From positions 32,001 through 96,000 of IMG/VR virus record IMGVR_UViG_3300042691_053485: a stretch of 64,000 bases of DNA; one strand, given 5' to 3'. Both the position numbers and the translations under genes were made by a program. A model generated the notes under the pieces. That model had not been told where the DNA came from. It searched no databases and worked only from the letters and a program-made list of their open reading frames with translations. Position 1 is the stretch's first letter, and every line of letters begins with the position of its first letter. The DNA is from a virus. Below, one piece after another: positions 1 through 9,256 of this stretch.

Positions 1-2
1 AA

Positions 3-101
3 GTTCAGGGGTTCAATGGAGAACACGATAGACATAATTTCCCGATATGCTCCAAAAATGAAGCAGGTGGATATAGTTTAAGTGGTGTTTTTGTGTCAAA
101 T
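3..101 (+). other. Intein C-terminal splicing region (blocks F/G) in portal
   Basis: VQGFNGEHDRHNFPICSKNEAGGYSLSGVFVSN|C: HNF block, GVFVSN terminus, then Cys (nt 102-104) that opens the conserved portal motif CKYGD. Confidence 0.72.
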
Positions 102-1559
102 TGTAAATATGGTGACAATTTTGTTTATTTACAGATTCATGATGAATATGGTATTGTTGGTGCAAAACAATTGGCTAATATTGAAGTTGAACGAGTTGAG
201 GGTACAAATCAAAATGGAATGAAATATTATTTGCAGAACTCTGAAGATGAAGTTATCTTCAGATGGAAAGCGACTGATATTGCTGAATTTAAGTATTGGC
301 AAATTGCACACTTCAGGTTGCTTGTTGATGACAGAAAAATACCCTATGGTGTTTCAGTATTGGAAAAGGCAAGACGGATTTGGAAAAATCTATTGCTTGT
401 TGAAGACGCTATGCGTACAATTAGACTATTCAGAGCAATAGATAGGAGGATTTACTATGTAAATGTCGGTAATATTGACCCTAGTGATGTGCAAGGTTAT
501 GTGGAGGATATTGCAAGTAGATTTAAACGAAAGCGGCATATTGACCCCGCAACTGGTCAAGAGGATTTAAAGTTTAATGTTATGGGTGTAGACCAAGACA
601 TCTTCATCCCGATTCGTGAGAAGGATGATGGGACAAGAGTCGATACCCTTGCCGGCTCATCAAATGTATCTGAAATCGCAGATATTGAATACGACTTAAA
701 TCAACTATTTGCGGCTCTTGGAATTCCTAAACCATTCTTGCAATATGAGGATACAGCCGGGGAAGGAAAAAACCTTGCGATGCAGGACATTCGTTTTTCA
801 AGGAAAATAAATCGCATCCAACAAGCAGCATTACAAGAATTAAATAAAATTGCAATGGTTCATCTATTGCTTATTGGCTTGGATGATGAGTTGCATAATT
901 TTGAATTAACGTTGAACAATCCTTCGACACAATCAGAAATGATGCGAACTGAACATAATGCAGCAAAAATTTCAGCTTTTAAAGATGCAGTTAGTGACGC
1001 AAATGGGAAGGGAATTGCTGCTATGTCAGTAACCGAGGCTATGAAAGAAATTTTAGGCAAAACCGATGAAGAAATTAAGCTTTCCTTACAACAACAATTT
1101 ATGGAAAGGGTTATGTCTGCGGAAATTGATAAGGCAGCGGAAAGTGTTTCAACTTCAACCCTCTTCGATAGCCTATTGAAACTGTATGGAACAGAGTCCA
1201 CAGGTGATAAACCTGTTTCAACACCTGAAGGTGAGGAAGGTTCATCAGAATTTGATTCCGGCGGAGGTGGAGGCGGCGGAGGTGGATTTGGAGGGTTTGG
1301 TGAAGACTTAGGTAGCGATGCAGACCTAGGATTAGACGTTGAGGGTGAGGAAGGATTAGGTACAGAAGGCGGTACAGAAACGCTTCCAGGCTTAGAAGAA
1401 CCCACCACAGGTACTGTAGGTGGAGCTGAAACTGAAGCTGCCACAGAAACCCCGGAAACAACTGAAAATGTTGGGGAATCTTTTGAAAATCATAAAAAAG
1501 ATAAACTAATAACAGAAAAAATGTTACGCATTTCAGACATGATGAAAAAAATCAAATAA
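3..1559 (+). CDS. Portal protein (T4 gp20-like), 5'-partial; begins inside an intein
   Basis: Frame is open from nt 3. T4-like portal motifs CKYGDNF, WKNLLLVEDAM..RL.RA..RRIYYVNVGN, DIFIP.R..GTRVDTLAG, LFAALGIPK; acidic Gly-rich tail. Confidence 0.93.
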   Translation, partial: VQGFNGEHDRHNFPICSKNEAGGYSLSGVFVSNCKYGDNFVYLQIHDEYGIVGAKQLANIEVERVEGTNQNGMKYYLQNSEDEVIFRWKATDIAEFKYWQIAHFRLLVDDRKIPYGVSVLEKARRIWKNLLLVEDAMRTIRLFRAIDRRIYYVNVGNIDPSDVQGYVEDIASRFKRKRHIDPATGQEDLKFNVMGVDQDIFIPIREKDDGTRVDTLAGSSNVSEIADIEYDLNQLFAALGIPKPFLQYEDTAGEGKNLAMQDIRFSRKINRIQQAALQELNKIAMVHLLLIGLDDELHNFELTLNNPSTQSEMMRTEHNAAKISAFKDAVSDANGKGIAAMSVTEAMKEILGKTDEEIKLSLQQQFMERVMSAEIDKAAESVSTSTLFDSLLKLYGTESTGDKPVSTPEGEEGSSEFDSGGGGGGGGGFGGFGEDLGSDADLGLDVEGEEGLGTEGGTETLPGLEEPTTGTVGGAETEAATETPETTENVGESFENHKKDKLITEKMLRISDMMKKIK

Positions 1560-1565
1560 GATTTA

Positions 1566-1573
1566 TATTTATA
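1566..1573 (+). promoter_or_regulatory. Putative late promoter TATTTATA
   Basis: 9 nt before ATG 1583; the same motif recurs before many virion genes. Confidence 0.55.
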
Positions 1574-1582
1574 AGAAAAAAA

Positions 1583-2278
1583 ATGAAAAACTACGCATTA
1601 ATAGTTCAAGGATTAACAGATTTACTTCAAGAGTCATATACACAAAATGACAAACACAACACATCAAAACTTTTGAATAAGCTTGTTGAAAATAGCGAAT
1701 TAAAAAAGCTTTATGCAGTTGTTGATAATTTGAAAAGGGGTACTCCGGACGAAGAAGAGGTTGAAGCATACATCAATGAAAACATTAGATTTGCATCAGA
1801 AATAAAATACAATAAAATTCCTTATCCATTTGATGCAAAAGTTGAATCTGATGACCCCTTATACAATGCCATTGGGGTAATTTTGTTTGAAAAGAAAAAT
1901 GCTTTCAATCTTGATAGATTTAATAGTGCATATAAAACAGTTAAGCAAAATCTAATCGAATCGGTGAGGCAAAAGAGAGAAATTGACAGCACTCAAAAAC
2001 AATTATCTGAAAATCTAAAGGTTATTGATAAGAAGGATAAAATGCTTGTTGAAGCTATCATCCAAGCTGCACCTGAACAAAAAGTTGCAATTTTTGAGGC
2101 GGCAAAACGTGATTGTATTACACTCATCGACTCTCACATCAAAGAAACAGAGGAAGTTGAACTCAAATTAAAAATGTACGAAACAAAAGATGTTATTTTG
2201 TCAATGGATTACCAAGACAAATCCTTTGCACATGACATCGCTAAAATTTACAATTTTACAAAAGAATTATCATGTTAA
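1583..2278 (+). CDS. Hypothetical helical protein in the head module
   Basis: 231-aa ORF between portal and protease, behind TATTTATA. Confidence 0.6.
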   Translation: MKNYALIVQGLTDLLQESYTQNDKHNTSKLLNKLVENSELKKLYAVVDNLKRGTPDEEEVEAYINENIRFASEIKYNKIPYPFDAKVESDDPLYNAIGVILFEKKNAFNLDRFNSAYKTVKQNLIESVRQKREIDSTQKQLSENLKVIDKKDKMLVEAIIQAAPEQKVAIFEAAKRDCITLIDSHIKETEEVELKLKMYETKDVILSMDYQDKSFAHDIAKIYNFTKELSC

Positions 2279-3105
2279 TTACACATAAAAGTCAGGGATT
2301 TCAAAAGAATATTTTATTTAATCTTTTGAAGGAATTAGGATTCAGCGATATTGAATCTTTTCAATCAAAATATGGTCTTGCAGTTGATGGCGTTTTTGGA
2401 ATGAAATCTTATGAGAAGTTATATAATCTTCTTTTGAATCCTGAAAAAATTCCATTTGAGGGGTTTTATTTCAAGCAAGTTTTTCCTAAAAAGCAAATAA
2501 TTTGGCATCATTCAGCAGGATGGGATAATGCTAGGGGTATGTTTGATTGGTGGAGAACCGATAAATTGTTTCATGTTGCAACAGCAATTGGTATCAGCGA
2601 TAACGGAAAGGTATCCCAAGGATTTGACGAACAGTATTGGGCAGCATCAATTGGCTGTAAAAATAATGTATTTTCAGCTAATGGTGTTCCATTCATTTAT
2701 CGAAACGGTATAATTTCAAATAATCAAATGTTAGACGAGCAGGCAGTTGCAGTTGAAATTTGTAATTGGGGTTCACTATCAAAGCAAGGTGACAAATTTT
2801 TCTCATGGTCAGGCGCTGAAGTGGCAAGAGAAAGAGTTATAGAATTAGATTATAAGGGATATAAATTCTTTGAGATTTATACAGATTCTGAAATCAAATC
2901 TCTCAAATATTGGTCACTTTTGAATGGTATGCGTTTTGAAATACCATTAAATTATTCTTACAATGATATGTTTACAGTTAGTAAAAATGCACTTAGCGGA
3001 AAATCTGGCTTGTACACACACAATTCCTATAGATTTGATAAAAATGATGTCGCTCCCCAACCGAAATTGATGGATATGGCGACTAAGCTACAAGAATATA
3101 TGTAA
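2272..3105 (+). CDS. N-acetylmuramoyl-L-alanine amidase (Amidase_2-like endolysin) with an N-terminal peptidoglycan-binding-like motif
   Basis: KKQIIWHHSAG, AVEICNWG, GLYTHNS..DK.D zinc ligands; FQSKYGLAVDGVFG resembles PG-binding repeats. Confidence 0.8.
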   Translation: MLITHKSQGFQKNILFNLLKELGFSDIESFQSKYGLAVDGVFGMKSYEKLYNLLLNPEKIPFEGFYFKQVFPKKQIIWHHSAGWDNARGMFDWWRTDKLFHVATAIGISDNGKVSQGFDEQYWAASIGCKNNVFSANGVPFIYRNGIISNNQMLDEQAVAVEICNWGSLSKQGDKFFSWSGAEVARERVIELDYKGYKFFEIYTDSEIKSLKYWSLLNGMRFEIPLNYSYNDMFTVSKNALSGKSGLYTHNSYRFDKNDVAPQPKLMDMATKLQEYM

Positions 3106-3110
3106 AAATT

Positions 3111-3140
3111 AAAATAAAATAAAATAAAATAAAATAAAAT
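3111..3140 (+). repeat. (AAAAT)6 microsatellite running into a start codon
   Basis: Six perfect AAAAT units; the last overlaps ATG 3139. Confidence 0.9.
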
Positions 3141-3702
3141 GGCAGGACAAAAACCTAATGAATTTAATGTTATAACACCAACAGGAGTGACAGAACTATA
3201 CTCTCAGACTAATGGTATAAATGGTAAATTCACGCTATCCCAACTACTAACCTTTATATCATCTAGTTTCCCACAATTAGTAGGGTGGAGCGATTTGGAA
3301 ATGGATATATCAGCCTCCCAAATCTTATCAATGGGTACAAATCCGATTGAAATACTACCGGCACCCGGAATTGGAAAATATTACATTTACCATGGCATCT
3401 TTGAATTCACATTTAACTCGTCTCAATACATATTTGGAGGAACTGAAGGCTCACCATACATATATGATTCGAAGTATGGGGGGACGGTTATGTCTTCACT
3501 CGTTGGTGGATTACAAAACTCTATAACACCATTCTCTAACTATACTCCGAATCAAACGAATGCAGCTGAATTAACAGCAACTGTAACTTCACAGGCTATA
3601 AACTCTGCAATTTATTTGAGTACATGGAATGCGGGTAATCCAACTCTTGGAGATGGCACGTTAAAGCTTAAACTGAAATATAAGATTTGCGATTTTGGGT
3701 AA
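3139..3702 (+). CDS. Hypothetical beta-rich protein, possibly a virion component
   Basis: 187-aa ORF, Ser/Thr/Gly-rich, ends GNPTLGDGTLKLKLKY. Confidence 0.5.
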   Translation: MAGQKPNEFNVITPTGVTELYSQTNGINGKFTLSQLLTFISSSFPQLVGWSDLEMDISASQILSMGTNPIEILPAPGIGKYYIYHGIFEFTFNSSQYIFGGTEGSPYIYDSKYGGTVMSSLVGGLQNSITPFSNYTPNQTNAAELTATVTSQAINSAIYLSTWNAGNPTLGDGTLKLKLKYKICDFG

Positions 3703-3746
3703 TGTTTTTCGTTTAATTTAGATTTATCTATATTAAAGAAAAAACA

Positions 3747-4091
3747 ATGTTATTCAGAGTTGAACAAGAGCAGGATGACTCATTTTTAAACTTAAAACTC
3801 GAAGGATGGGTTTCACCTAAAGCTGATGTACATAATTGGCTTACAGTTGTCAAGGGATTGGAAAAGGAATTAAGGAAACTAACGTATGAAGCTTCAATTT
3901 CTTTAGGGTTTAAAAAGTTCATTGTTGATGTTGACTTGAGAAGCTCAGGCATTAAATTGGGTAAAAAATCATATTTGAAAACGAATATAGTGCTTGAGCA
4001 AAAGGATAAAATAGACATCGACAGACTTTTAGGGTATTATAATTACTTTTTTGAGAGTAATTGCCATTTTGAAATGACACCTGAAAAATAG
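3747..4091 (+). CDS. Hypothetical protein
   Basis: 114-aa ORF with A-rich leader, followed by a terminator. Confidence 0.55.
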   Translation: MLFRVEQEQDDSFLNLKLEGWVSPKADVHNWLTVVKGLEKELRKLTYEASISLGFKKFIVDVDLRSSGIKLGKKSYLKTNIVLEQKDKIDIDRLLGYYNYFFESNCHFEMTPEK

Positions 4092-4102
4092 AAAAAGTTC
4101 TT

Positions 4103-4126
4103 AGCCGCCAATTGGCGGCTTTTTTA
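4103..4126 (+). terminator. Intrinsic terminator
   Basis: AGCCGCCA-AT-TGGCGGCT stem followed by a T-tract. Confidence 0.85.
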
Positions 4127-4142
4127 TTTGTAAGAAGTTGAA

Positions 4143-4150
4143 TATTTATA
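4143..4150 (+). promoter_or_regulatory. Putative late promoter TATTTATA
   Basis: 13 nt before the protease ATG. Confidence 0.55.
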
Positions 4151-4163
4151 TTTAAACTTCAAA

Positions 4164-4934
4164 ATGAAAGTACTTCCAAGGAATTGTAAATCCGGCTATG
4201 GATTGATGATAGAGTATGATGCAGGTGTTATCCATACTTCAGATAATACACACTTATTACGCGAGCTTAAAGAAGCCAAAGAAAGTGGGCTTGACTTAAA
4301 AAACCCTAAAGTTTATGGGGTTATGCAAAAATATGGTGTTGAAAATCGTAACGGCAGAATATACCCTGAAAGTGTATTAAAGCGTGAAGTAGAAAATTAT
4401 ATGAAACTTGTTGAAATGGGTGCATCCGCCGGACATTCTATGCACCCTGAAAGCGCAGTTATTGAAATCCCTGAAGTTTCGATGCGGATAACAAATCTTT
4501 GGTGGGAAGGTAGAAACCTTATGGGAGAAATATATCTACCTGTAACAAGGGGATATATTGAAATGGGTGTTATATCACATCCCGCAGATAAACTTGCACA
4601 TGATATGATTCATGGTTTTCAATATGGTGTTTCAAGTCGTGGTGTCGGCAGTTTGGAAAATAAAGGTGGTAAAAATATAGTACAGGATGATTTCGAGCTA
4701 ATTTGTTGGGATTTTGTAACTACACCTTCAACCAAGGGGTCTTGGGTGTTCTCTGATAAAAAAATGGCTGAACCCTTTAAGGAAAGTTACGATTCAAAAA
4801 ATGACTACATCGAGGATTTAGTGCAAGATACTGAAAAGCTTGATGCTTGGGATTTTATGCTAAAACGTAATCGTGAAACACAAAATATTGCAAAAAAGAA
4901 TAAAATAAGTCAACTTTTTAATGGTTTTAAGTAG
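4164..4934 (+). CDS. Prohead maturation protease (T4 gp21-like)
   Basis: GVMQKYGVENRNGRIYP, HP, GVSSRGVGS, LICWDFVTTPST. Confidence 0.92.
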   Translation: MKVLPRNCKSGYGLMIEYDAGVIHTSDNTHLLRELKEAKESGLDLKNPKVYGVMQKYGVENRNGRIYPESVLKREVENYMKLVEMGASAGHSMHPESAVIEIPEVSMRITNLWWEGRNLMGEIYLPVTRGYIEMGVISHPADKLAHDMIHGFQYGVSSRGVGSLENKGGKNIVQDDFELICWDFVTTPSTKGSWVFSDKKMAEPFKESYDSKNDYIEDLVQDTEKLDAWDFMLKRNRETQNIAKKNKISQLFNGFK

Positions 4935-4972
4935 AAATCATTAGAAAATCATACTTTTTTAAAAACACAATA

Positions 4973-4980
4973 TATTTATT
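4973..4980 (+). promoter_or_regulatory. Putative late promoter TATTTATT
   Basis: 14 nt before the scaffold ATG. Confidence 0.5.
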
Positions 4981-4994
4981 TTAAAATTACTTCA

Positions 4995-6161
4995 ATGTCA
5001 AAAGGCAACTTAAAATTGGAAGAATTGCTGTTGCAAGCAAACAGCCTTAATGAGCAAACTGCCAAAGCTAGCACTAATTCCAAAAAAATATATGAAAACA
5101 CTGTCGCTTCAGTTCTCAGAGAGTTTATTGATGAGGCTATTGAAGATGAAAGTGAACAAGAAGAAACTGACGAATTTGATGAAACAGAAGTAGATGATTC
5201 CGGTTCAGAACTAGAAGGCGACACTGATGCAGAAACCGAAGTAGACGACCTTGAATCAATGGACGATGAAACTGAAGTTGAAATCGACATGGATTCAGAC
5301 GATGAAGAAGGCGATGAAGAATTCAGTGATGAAGAATCTGATGAAGATATGCCTATTGATTTAGGTGCTGATGCGGACGAACCTGATTTTGACACACCTG
5401 ATATGGGTATAGATATGGGAGGCGAAGAAGATGTCATGGATTTGACTAATGCCTCAGAAGAAGAAGTGCTACAAGCATTAAAAAATCTCCCTGACAATGC
5501 CGTTATTCAAATTGTGAAAAAATCATCTTTTGATGTTAACACTTCCGGCGGAGCAAGTTCAATGCCAACAGAGTACCCTTCTGATGATTACATGGGCGGG
5601 GAAGATGGAGAATTTGAGGGTGAATCCGAAGAAGAAATGGGCGAAGAAGAACCAGTCTATGAGTTTGTTAAAAACCGTAAACAGGTACTTCCACAAGGTA
5701 AACGTCAAAATGATAGCAAAGTTGTTGCTGAAAATCAAATGCTCAAGAGCAAATTAGCGAAAATGCAACGTGAAATGAAAACGTTGATGGAAAATGAGCA
5801 AAAAGCCGTTGAAATGCTGAAAAAAATGATGAGTAATGCAAATAAGCTCGCGATTGTTAATAACAACTTAATGAATGCAACCAAATTGTTTACTGAGCAT
5901 TCAACGACAAAAAATGAAAAATTGGACATCATTAAGCGATTTGACTCCGCAAAAACAATAAATGAGTCAAATCTTATCTTCCAAATGATGACTGAATCAT
6001 TTCAAACTCGTACAGTTAAAAAACCAATCAACGTAAATTCTAAGGATAAAGTCGAAATCAGCAAGCCTTCGATTGTAAAAGAGGAGCGAACTTTCACGAT
6101 TGACGATGAAAAACCTGAAAACAAGATTATGCGAATAATGAATTACAAATCCACACTTTAA
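4995..6161 (+). CDS. Prohead scaffold/core protein (gp22-like role)
   Basis: Very acidic middle, coiled-coil C-terminus, lies between protease and MCP, many (L/I/M)xE sites. Confidence 0.8.
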   Translation: MSKGNLKLEELLLQANSLNEQTAKASTNSKKIYENTVASVLREFIDEAIEDESEQEETDEFDETEVDDSGSELEGDTDAETEVDDLESMDDETEVEIDMDSDDEEGDEEFSDEESDEDMPIDLGADADEPDFDTPDMGIDMGGEEDVMDLTNASEEEVLQALKNLPDNAVIQIVKKSSFDVNTSGGASSMPTEYPSDDYMGGEDGEFEGESEEEMGEEEPVYEFVKNRKQVLPQGKRQNDSKVVAENQMLKSKLAKMQREMKTLMENEQKAVEMLKKMMSNANKLAIVNNNLMNATKLFTEHSTTKNEKLDIIKRFDSAKTINESNLIFQMMTESFQTRTVKKPINVNSKDKVEISKPSIVKEERTFTIDDEKPENKIMRIMNYKSTL

Positions 6162-6185
6162 AAAAAAAACAAACACTAATAAAAA

Positions 6186-8012
6186 ATGAGTCTTTTAACA
6201 GGAAATAAATTAGGTACTTTAGCACAAGACCGTGAAAGGTCTCTTCGCCAACAAATTGTTGAGCGCTATGAAAATGTAGGCTTGGAAACCGATTCAAACG
6301 GTAAGATAATCCAAGAAGGTATGAACTGGTTGCATGGTCTTAAGGGGCATGTCAAAGATAATATGGCATTGCTGTATGAAAACCAAGCACGTGCATTGGT
6401 AGAATCAACAGACTCTTCATCTAGCGGTTCTTTTGAAACTGTAGCATTTCCAATGGTTCGTAGAATCTTCTCCAAATTATTGGCGAATGACATCATCTCT
6501 GTCCAAGCGATGACCCACCCTTCCGGTGTATTGTTCTACTACTACCCAGATATTGCGAACCGTGTTGAAGGTGTTGATGGTGATGGTAATCCAACCTCAA
6601 GCCATACTTCTCAAACTCGTAGCATGCCCGCTTGCGTTTTGGAAGGTCACAACTGCCCAGACACAACCTATACAGGTTGTAAATCATTGTACACCAAGTT
6701 CTACGATGATAACACTTATGACTACTCAAAAGGTAAATTTACTGTTGTGACGGCAACCGGTCAACCAGTTGCACTTGACACAAATGGCTGTTGGGTCACA
6801 ACAGGTACAACTGCCCTGGGTTATGATGGCTCTCTCCGTCACATGAAATTTGGTATCAGCGGGTTTGACGGCTCTAATCCCGGTACAAGCAAAGGTCACA
6901 CAGCACGTCTTGGAGGTGTTGGTGGAAAAGGTTTGGAAATTGACAACCAAGAATTCTTGGCTTCTTTCACTGCTATTTGGGCTAACGCAAACCCGCTTTT
7001 AGACCCTAACGGTAATGTTCTTTATACCCAAGGACAATCAATGCACTACCGTGCAGTTTCTCAAAAATATGCGCAACAATTAGTTCACTATTCTGATTGG
7101 TGTGATGCAGATGGTGTTTTCTATCTTGAAGTTGACTTCACTGGTCCGAACGCTAACTGTGACACTTGCTCACCTGCTGATGGTTATATCGGTGCGGCTT
7201 CAGGTACAACAATTGCCCCCACAGACATCGCCTTTGTTTGGAGACGTTATGAAGATTTGGAATGGGAAAATGAAATGGGTGAAGTAACATTCACCATCAA
7301 GAAAGTCCAAATTTCAACTCAACCTCGCAAACTTCGTGCACGTTGGAGTCCTGAATTAGCACAAGATGTTAACGCATACCATAATATTGATGCTGAGGCA
7401 GAATTAACTGCATTACTTTCTGAGCAAATTGCAATGGAAATTGACCGTCAAATTCTTCGCGAATTGAAACGTGGTGCAGCATGGGTATTACGTTGGAACT
7501 TCTATGGCTGGAAAACACAAGGAAGCCAAAAATACACTGAGAAAGAGTGGAAACAAACTCTTATCACACGTATCAATCAAATTTCGGCTCAAATCCACAA
7601 GTCAACATTGCGTGGCGGTGCAAACTTCCTCGTAATCTCAACTGAGGTTTCTGCAATCTTTGATGACCTTGAAAACTTCATGGTTTCTAACGGAAACATT
7701 GATGATGACAAATATAACTTGGGTATGCGCCGTGTTGGTACACTTTCCGGTCGTTATACGGTATATGTTGACCCGTATGCAAAAGCAGGTGACATCCTCA
7801 TCGGACACAAAGGTACATCTATCCTTGACACAGGTTATATCTATGCACCTTACATTCCGTTGCAATTAACTCCTACACTCACCGACTTCAATACATTTAC
7901 GAATGTGAAAGGTGTGATGACTCGCTACGCGACAGCAATGGTAAACAACAACTACTACGGACGTATTGTTGTGGATAATATCCCAACATTCGATACCCGC
8001 GAGCTTCGATAG
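6186..8012 (+). CDS. Major capsid protein (T4 gp23-like) with a large Cys-containing insertion
   Basis: FPMVRRIFSKLLANDIISVQAM..PSG.LFY, RKLRARWSPELAQDVNAYHNIDAEAELT.LLSEQIAMEIDR, YAPYIPL; predicted cleavage site LVE/S. Confidence 0.96.
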   Translation: MSLLTGNKLGTLAQDRERSLRQQIVERYENVGLETDSNGKIIQEGMNWLHGLKGHVKDNMALLYENQARALVESTDSSSSGSFETVAFPMVRRIFSKLLANDIISVQAMTHPSGVLFYYYPDIANRVEGVDGDGNPTSSHTSQTRSMPACVLEGHNCPDTTYTGCKSLYTKFYDDNTYDYSKGKFTVVTATGQPVALDTNGCWVTTGTTALGYDGSLRHMKFGISGFDGSNPGTSKGHTARLGGVGGKGLEIDNQEFLASFTAIWANANPLLDPNGNVLYTQGQSMHYRAVSQKYAQQLVHYSDWCDADGVFYLEVDFTGPNANCDTCSPADGYIGAASGTTIAPTDIAFVWRRYEDLEWENEMGEVTFTIKKVQISTQPRKLRARWSPELAQDVNAYHNIDAEAELTALLSEQIAMEIDRQILRELKRGAAWVLRWNFYGWKTQGSQKYTEKEWKQTLITRINQISAQIHKSTLRGGANFLVISTEVSAIFDDLENFMVSNGNIDDDKYNLGMRRVGTLSGRYTVYVDPYAKAGDILIGHKGTSILDTGYIYAPYIPLQLTPTLTDFNTFTNVKGVMTRYATAMVNNNYYGRIVVDNIPTFDTRELR

Positions 8013-8051
8013 CAAAAAAAAGCCCCTCATTTGAGGGGCTTTTTTTTTGCT
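8011..8051. terminator. Bidirectional intrinsic terminator after MCP
   Basis: AGC-A8-GCCCCTCA/T/TGAGGGGC-T-tract-GCT extended palindrome. Confidence 0.92.
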
Positions 8052-8132
8052 ATTATTCGACATTCTTGAAACTTTAACACGTTTTTTTCTGTTATTAGAC
8101 AAATACAACCTAATCCATTTATCAAAATAAAA

Positions 8133-8471
8133 ATGAAAAAATTAATAAGAAACGGGAAAAAATTCCTTGAAAGATTTGGTTCTACGGAATTAGAAACTAT
8201 ATCAAATCAAGATGAATTAAACAACCTATATATCCTTAAAATAAAAGAGGAACTTGAAGAGATAAAGAATTCTCAATTCAAAGATTTGAATGAGTTTGCT
8301 GACCTCTTGCAGGTTGTTACATCATTTGCAATTGCAAATGGTTTTTCTGAAGAGGAGTTAACCGTTGCAAAGGACGAAAAAGCATATCAGCGTGGTGAAT
8401 TTGGTAACATTGCCTTAATCAATCTCAATCCTAATAACCCAAGCAATAAAATTTACTTCAATGAAGTTTAG
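8133..8471 (+). CDS. MazG-like / phosphoribosyl-ATP pyrophosphohydrolase-like NTP-PPase
   Basis: KLIRN...KIKEELEE...EFADLLQV...K...RGEF pattern. Confidence 0.72.
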   Translation: MKKLIRNGKKFLERFGSTELETISNQDELNNLYILKIKEELEEIKNSQFKDLNEFADLLQVVTSFAIANGFSEEELTVAKDEKAYQRGEFGNIALINLNPNNPSNKIYFNEV

Positions 8472-9213
8472 AGTTTCACCTGAAAATATCACATCTCTCC
8501 CAAGCACAAATCACATATATGTTTTTGGTTCAAATTTAGCCGGAAAGCATGGGAAAGGGGCTGCAAAAACTGCTCTTCTTTTTGGTGCAAAATATGGTAT
8601 GGGAGAGGGATTATATGGAAATACTTATGCCCTTCCCACAAAGGATGAAAACATCCAAAGCCTACCCCTTGCAGAAATCAATAAGTATGTTGAAACATTT
8701 ACACAGTTTGCCAATAAAAACCCCCACCTCATTTTTTGGGTAACCGCAATAGGAACAGGATTAGCAGGCTATTCAATCGAGCAAATTGCACCGTTTTTTG
8801 AAAAGGCTTCAGGATTGCAAAATGTTTTTCTGCCAGAATCATTTACAAATCGCATAAACATGAAGTACAAGAGTAACTTTGAATATGATTTAAAGGTTGG
8901 TAATCTTGGTGAAGAGAAATTGCACAAGATGCTCACAGATTCCAAACTAGAAGTGAAAACCGATTTTAGGGCAGCCGAAACAGGAAATGTTTTTGTTGAA
9001 TATGAGTCTTATGGGAAAAAATCAGGAATTTCAACGTCAAAAGCTGATTATTGGTGCTTTGTGCTTTCTGAAAAGACAATGGTGTTTTGTGAAATCAATG
9101 CTCTTAAAGCTGCATGCCGAAAATATCTCAATACCAAGAGAGATAAGCGAGGTGGAGATGAGGACACATCTAAAGGTATTCTATTGCCTGTCGCCGAACT
9201 TTTGACGCTTTAG
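8461..9213 (+). CDS. Fusion of a macro-like (A1S_2505-type) phage domain and a PD-(D/E)XK nuclease-like domain
   Basis: aa 1-130: VFGSNLAGKHGKGAA, YALPTK, VTAIGTGLAG; from the internal ATG at 8860: EVKTD...TGNVFVEYES.GK.SGI.TSKADYW. Confidence 0.62.
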   Translation: MKFRVSPENITSLPSTNHIYVFGSNLAGKHGKGAAKTALLFGAKYGMGEGLYGNTYALPTKDENIQSLPLAEINKYVETFTQFANKNPHLIFWVTAIGTGLAGYSIEQIAPFFEKASGLQNVFLPESFTNRINMKYKSNFEYDLKVGNLGEEKLHKMLTDSKLEVKTDFRAAETGNVFVEYESYGKKSGISTSKADYWCFVLSEKTMVFCEINALKAACRKYLNTKRDKRGGDEDTSKGILLPVAELLTL

Positions 9214-9256
9214 GCTGAACCGATATGATATTTATTTGTAATATGCAATAAATAAG

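Noticed and set aside
1259-1300. Poly-Gly codon run in the portal tail as a regulatory repeat
   Set aside because: Mixed GGN codons in a disordered C-terminal linker; ordinary low complexity
860-5497. Ser/Pro-rich antisense ORFs 860..1444 and 4976..5497
   Set aside because: Reverse complements of acidic low-complexity stretches in the portal and scaffold genes
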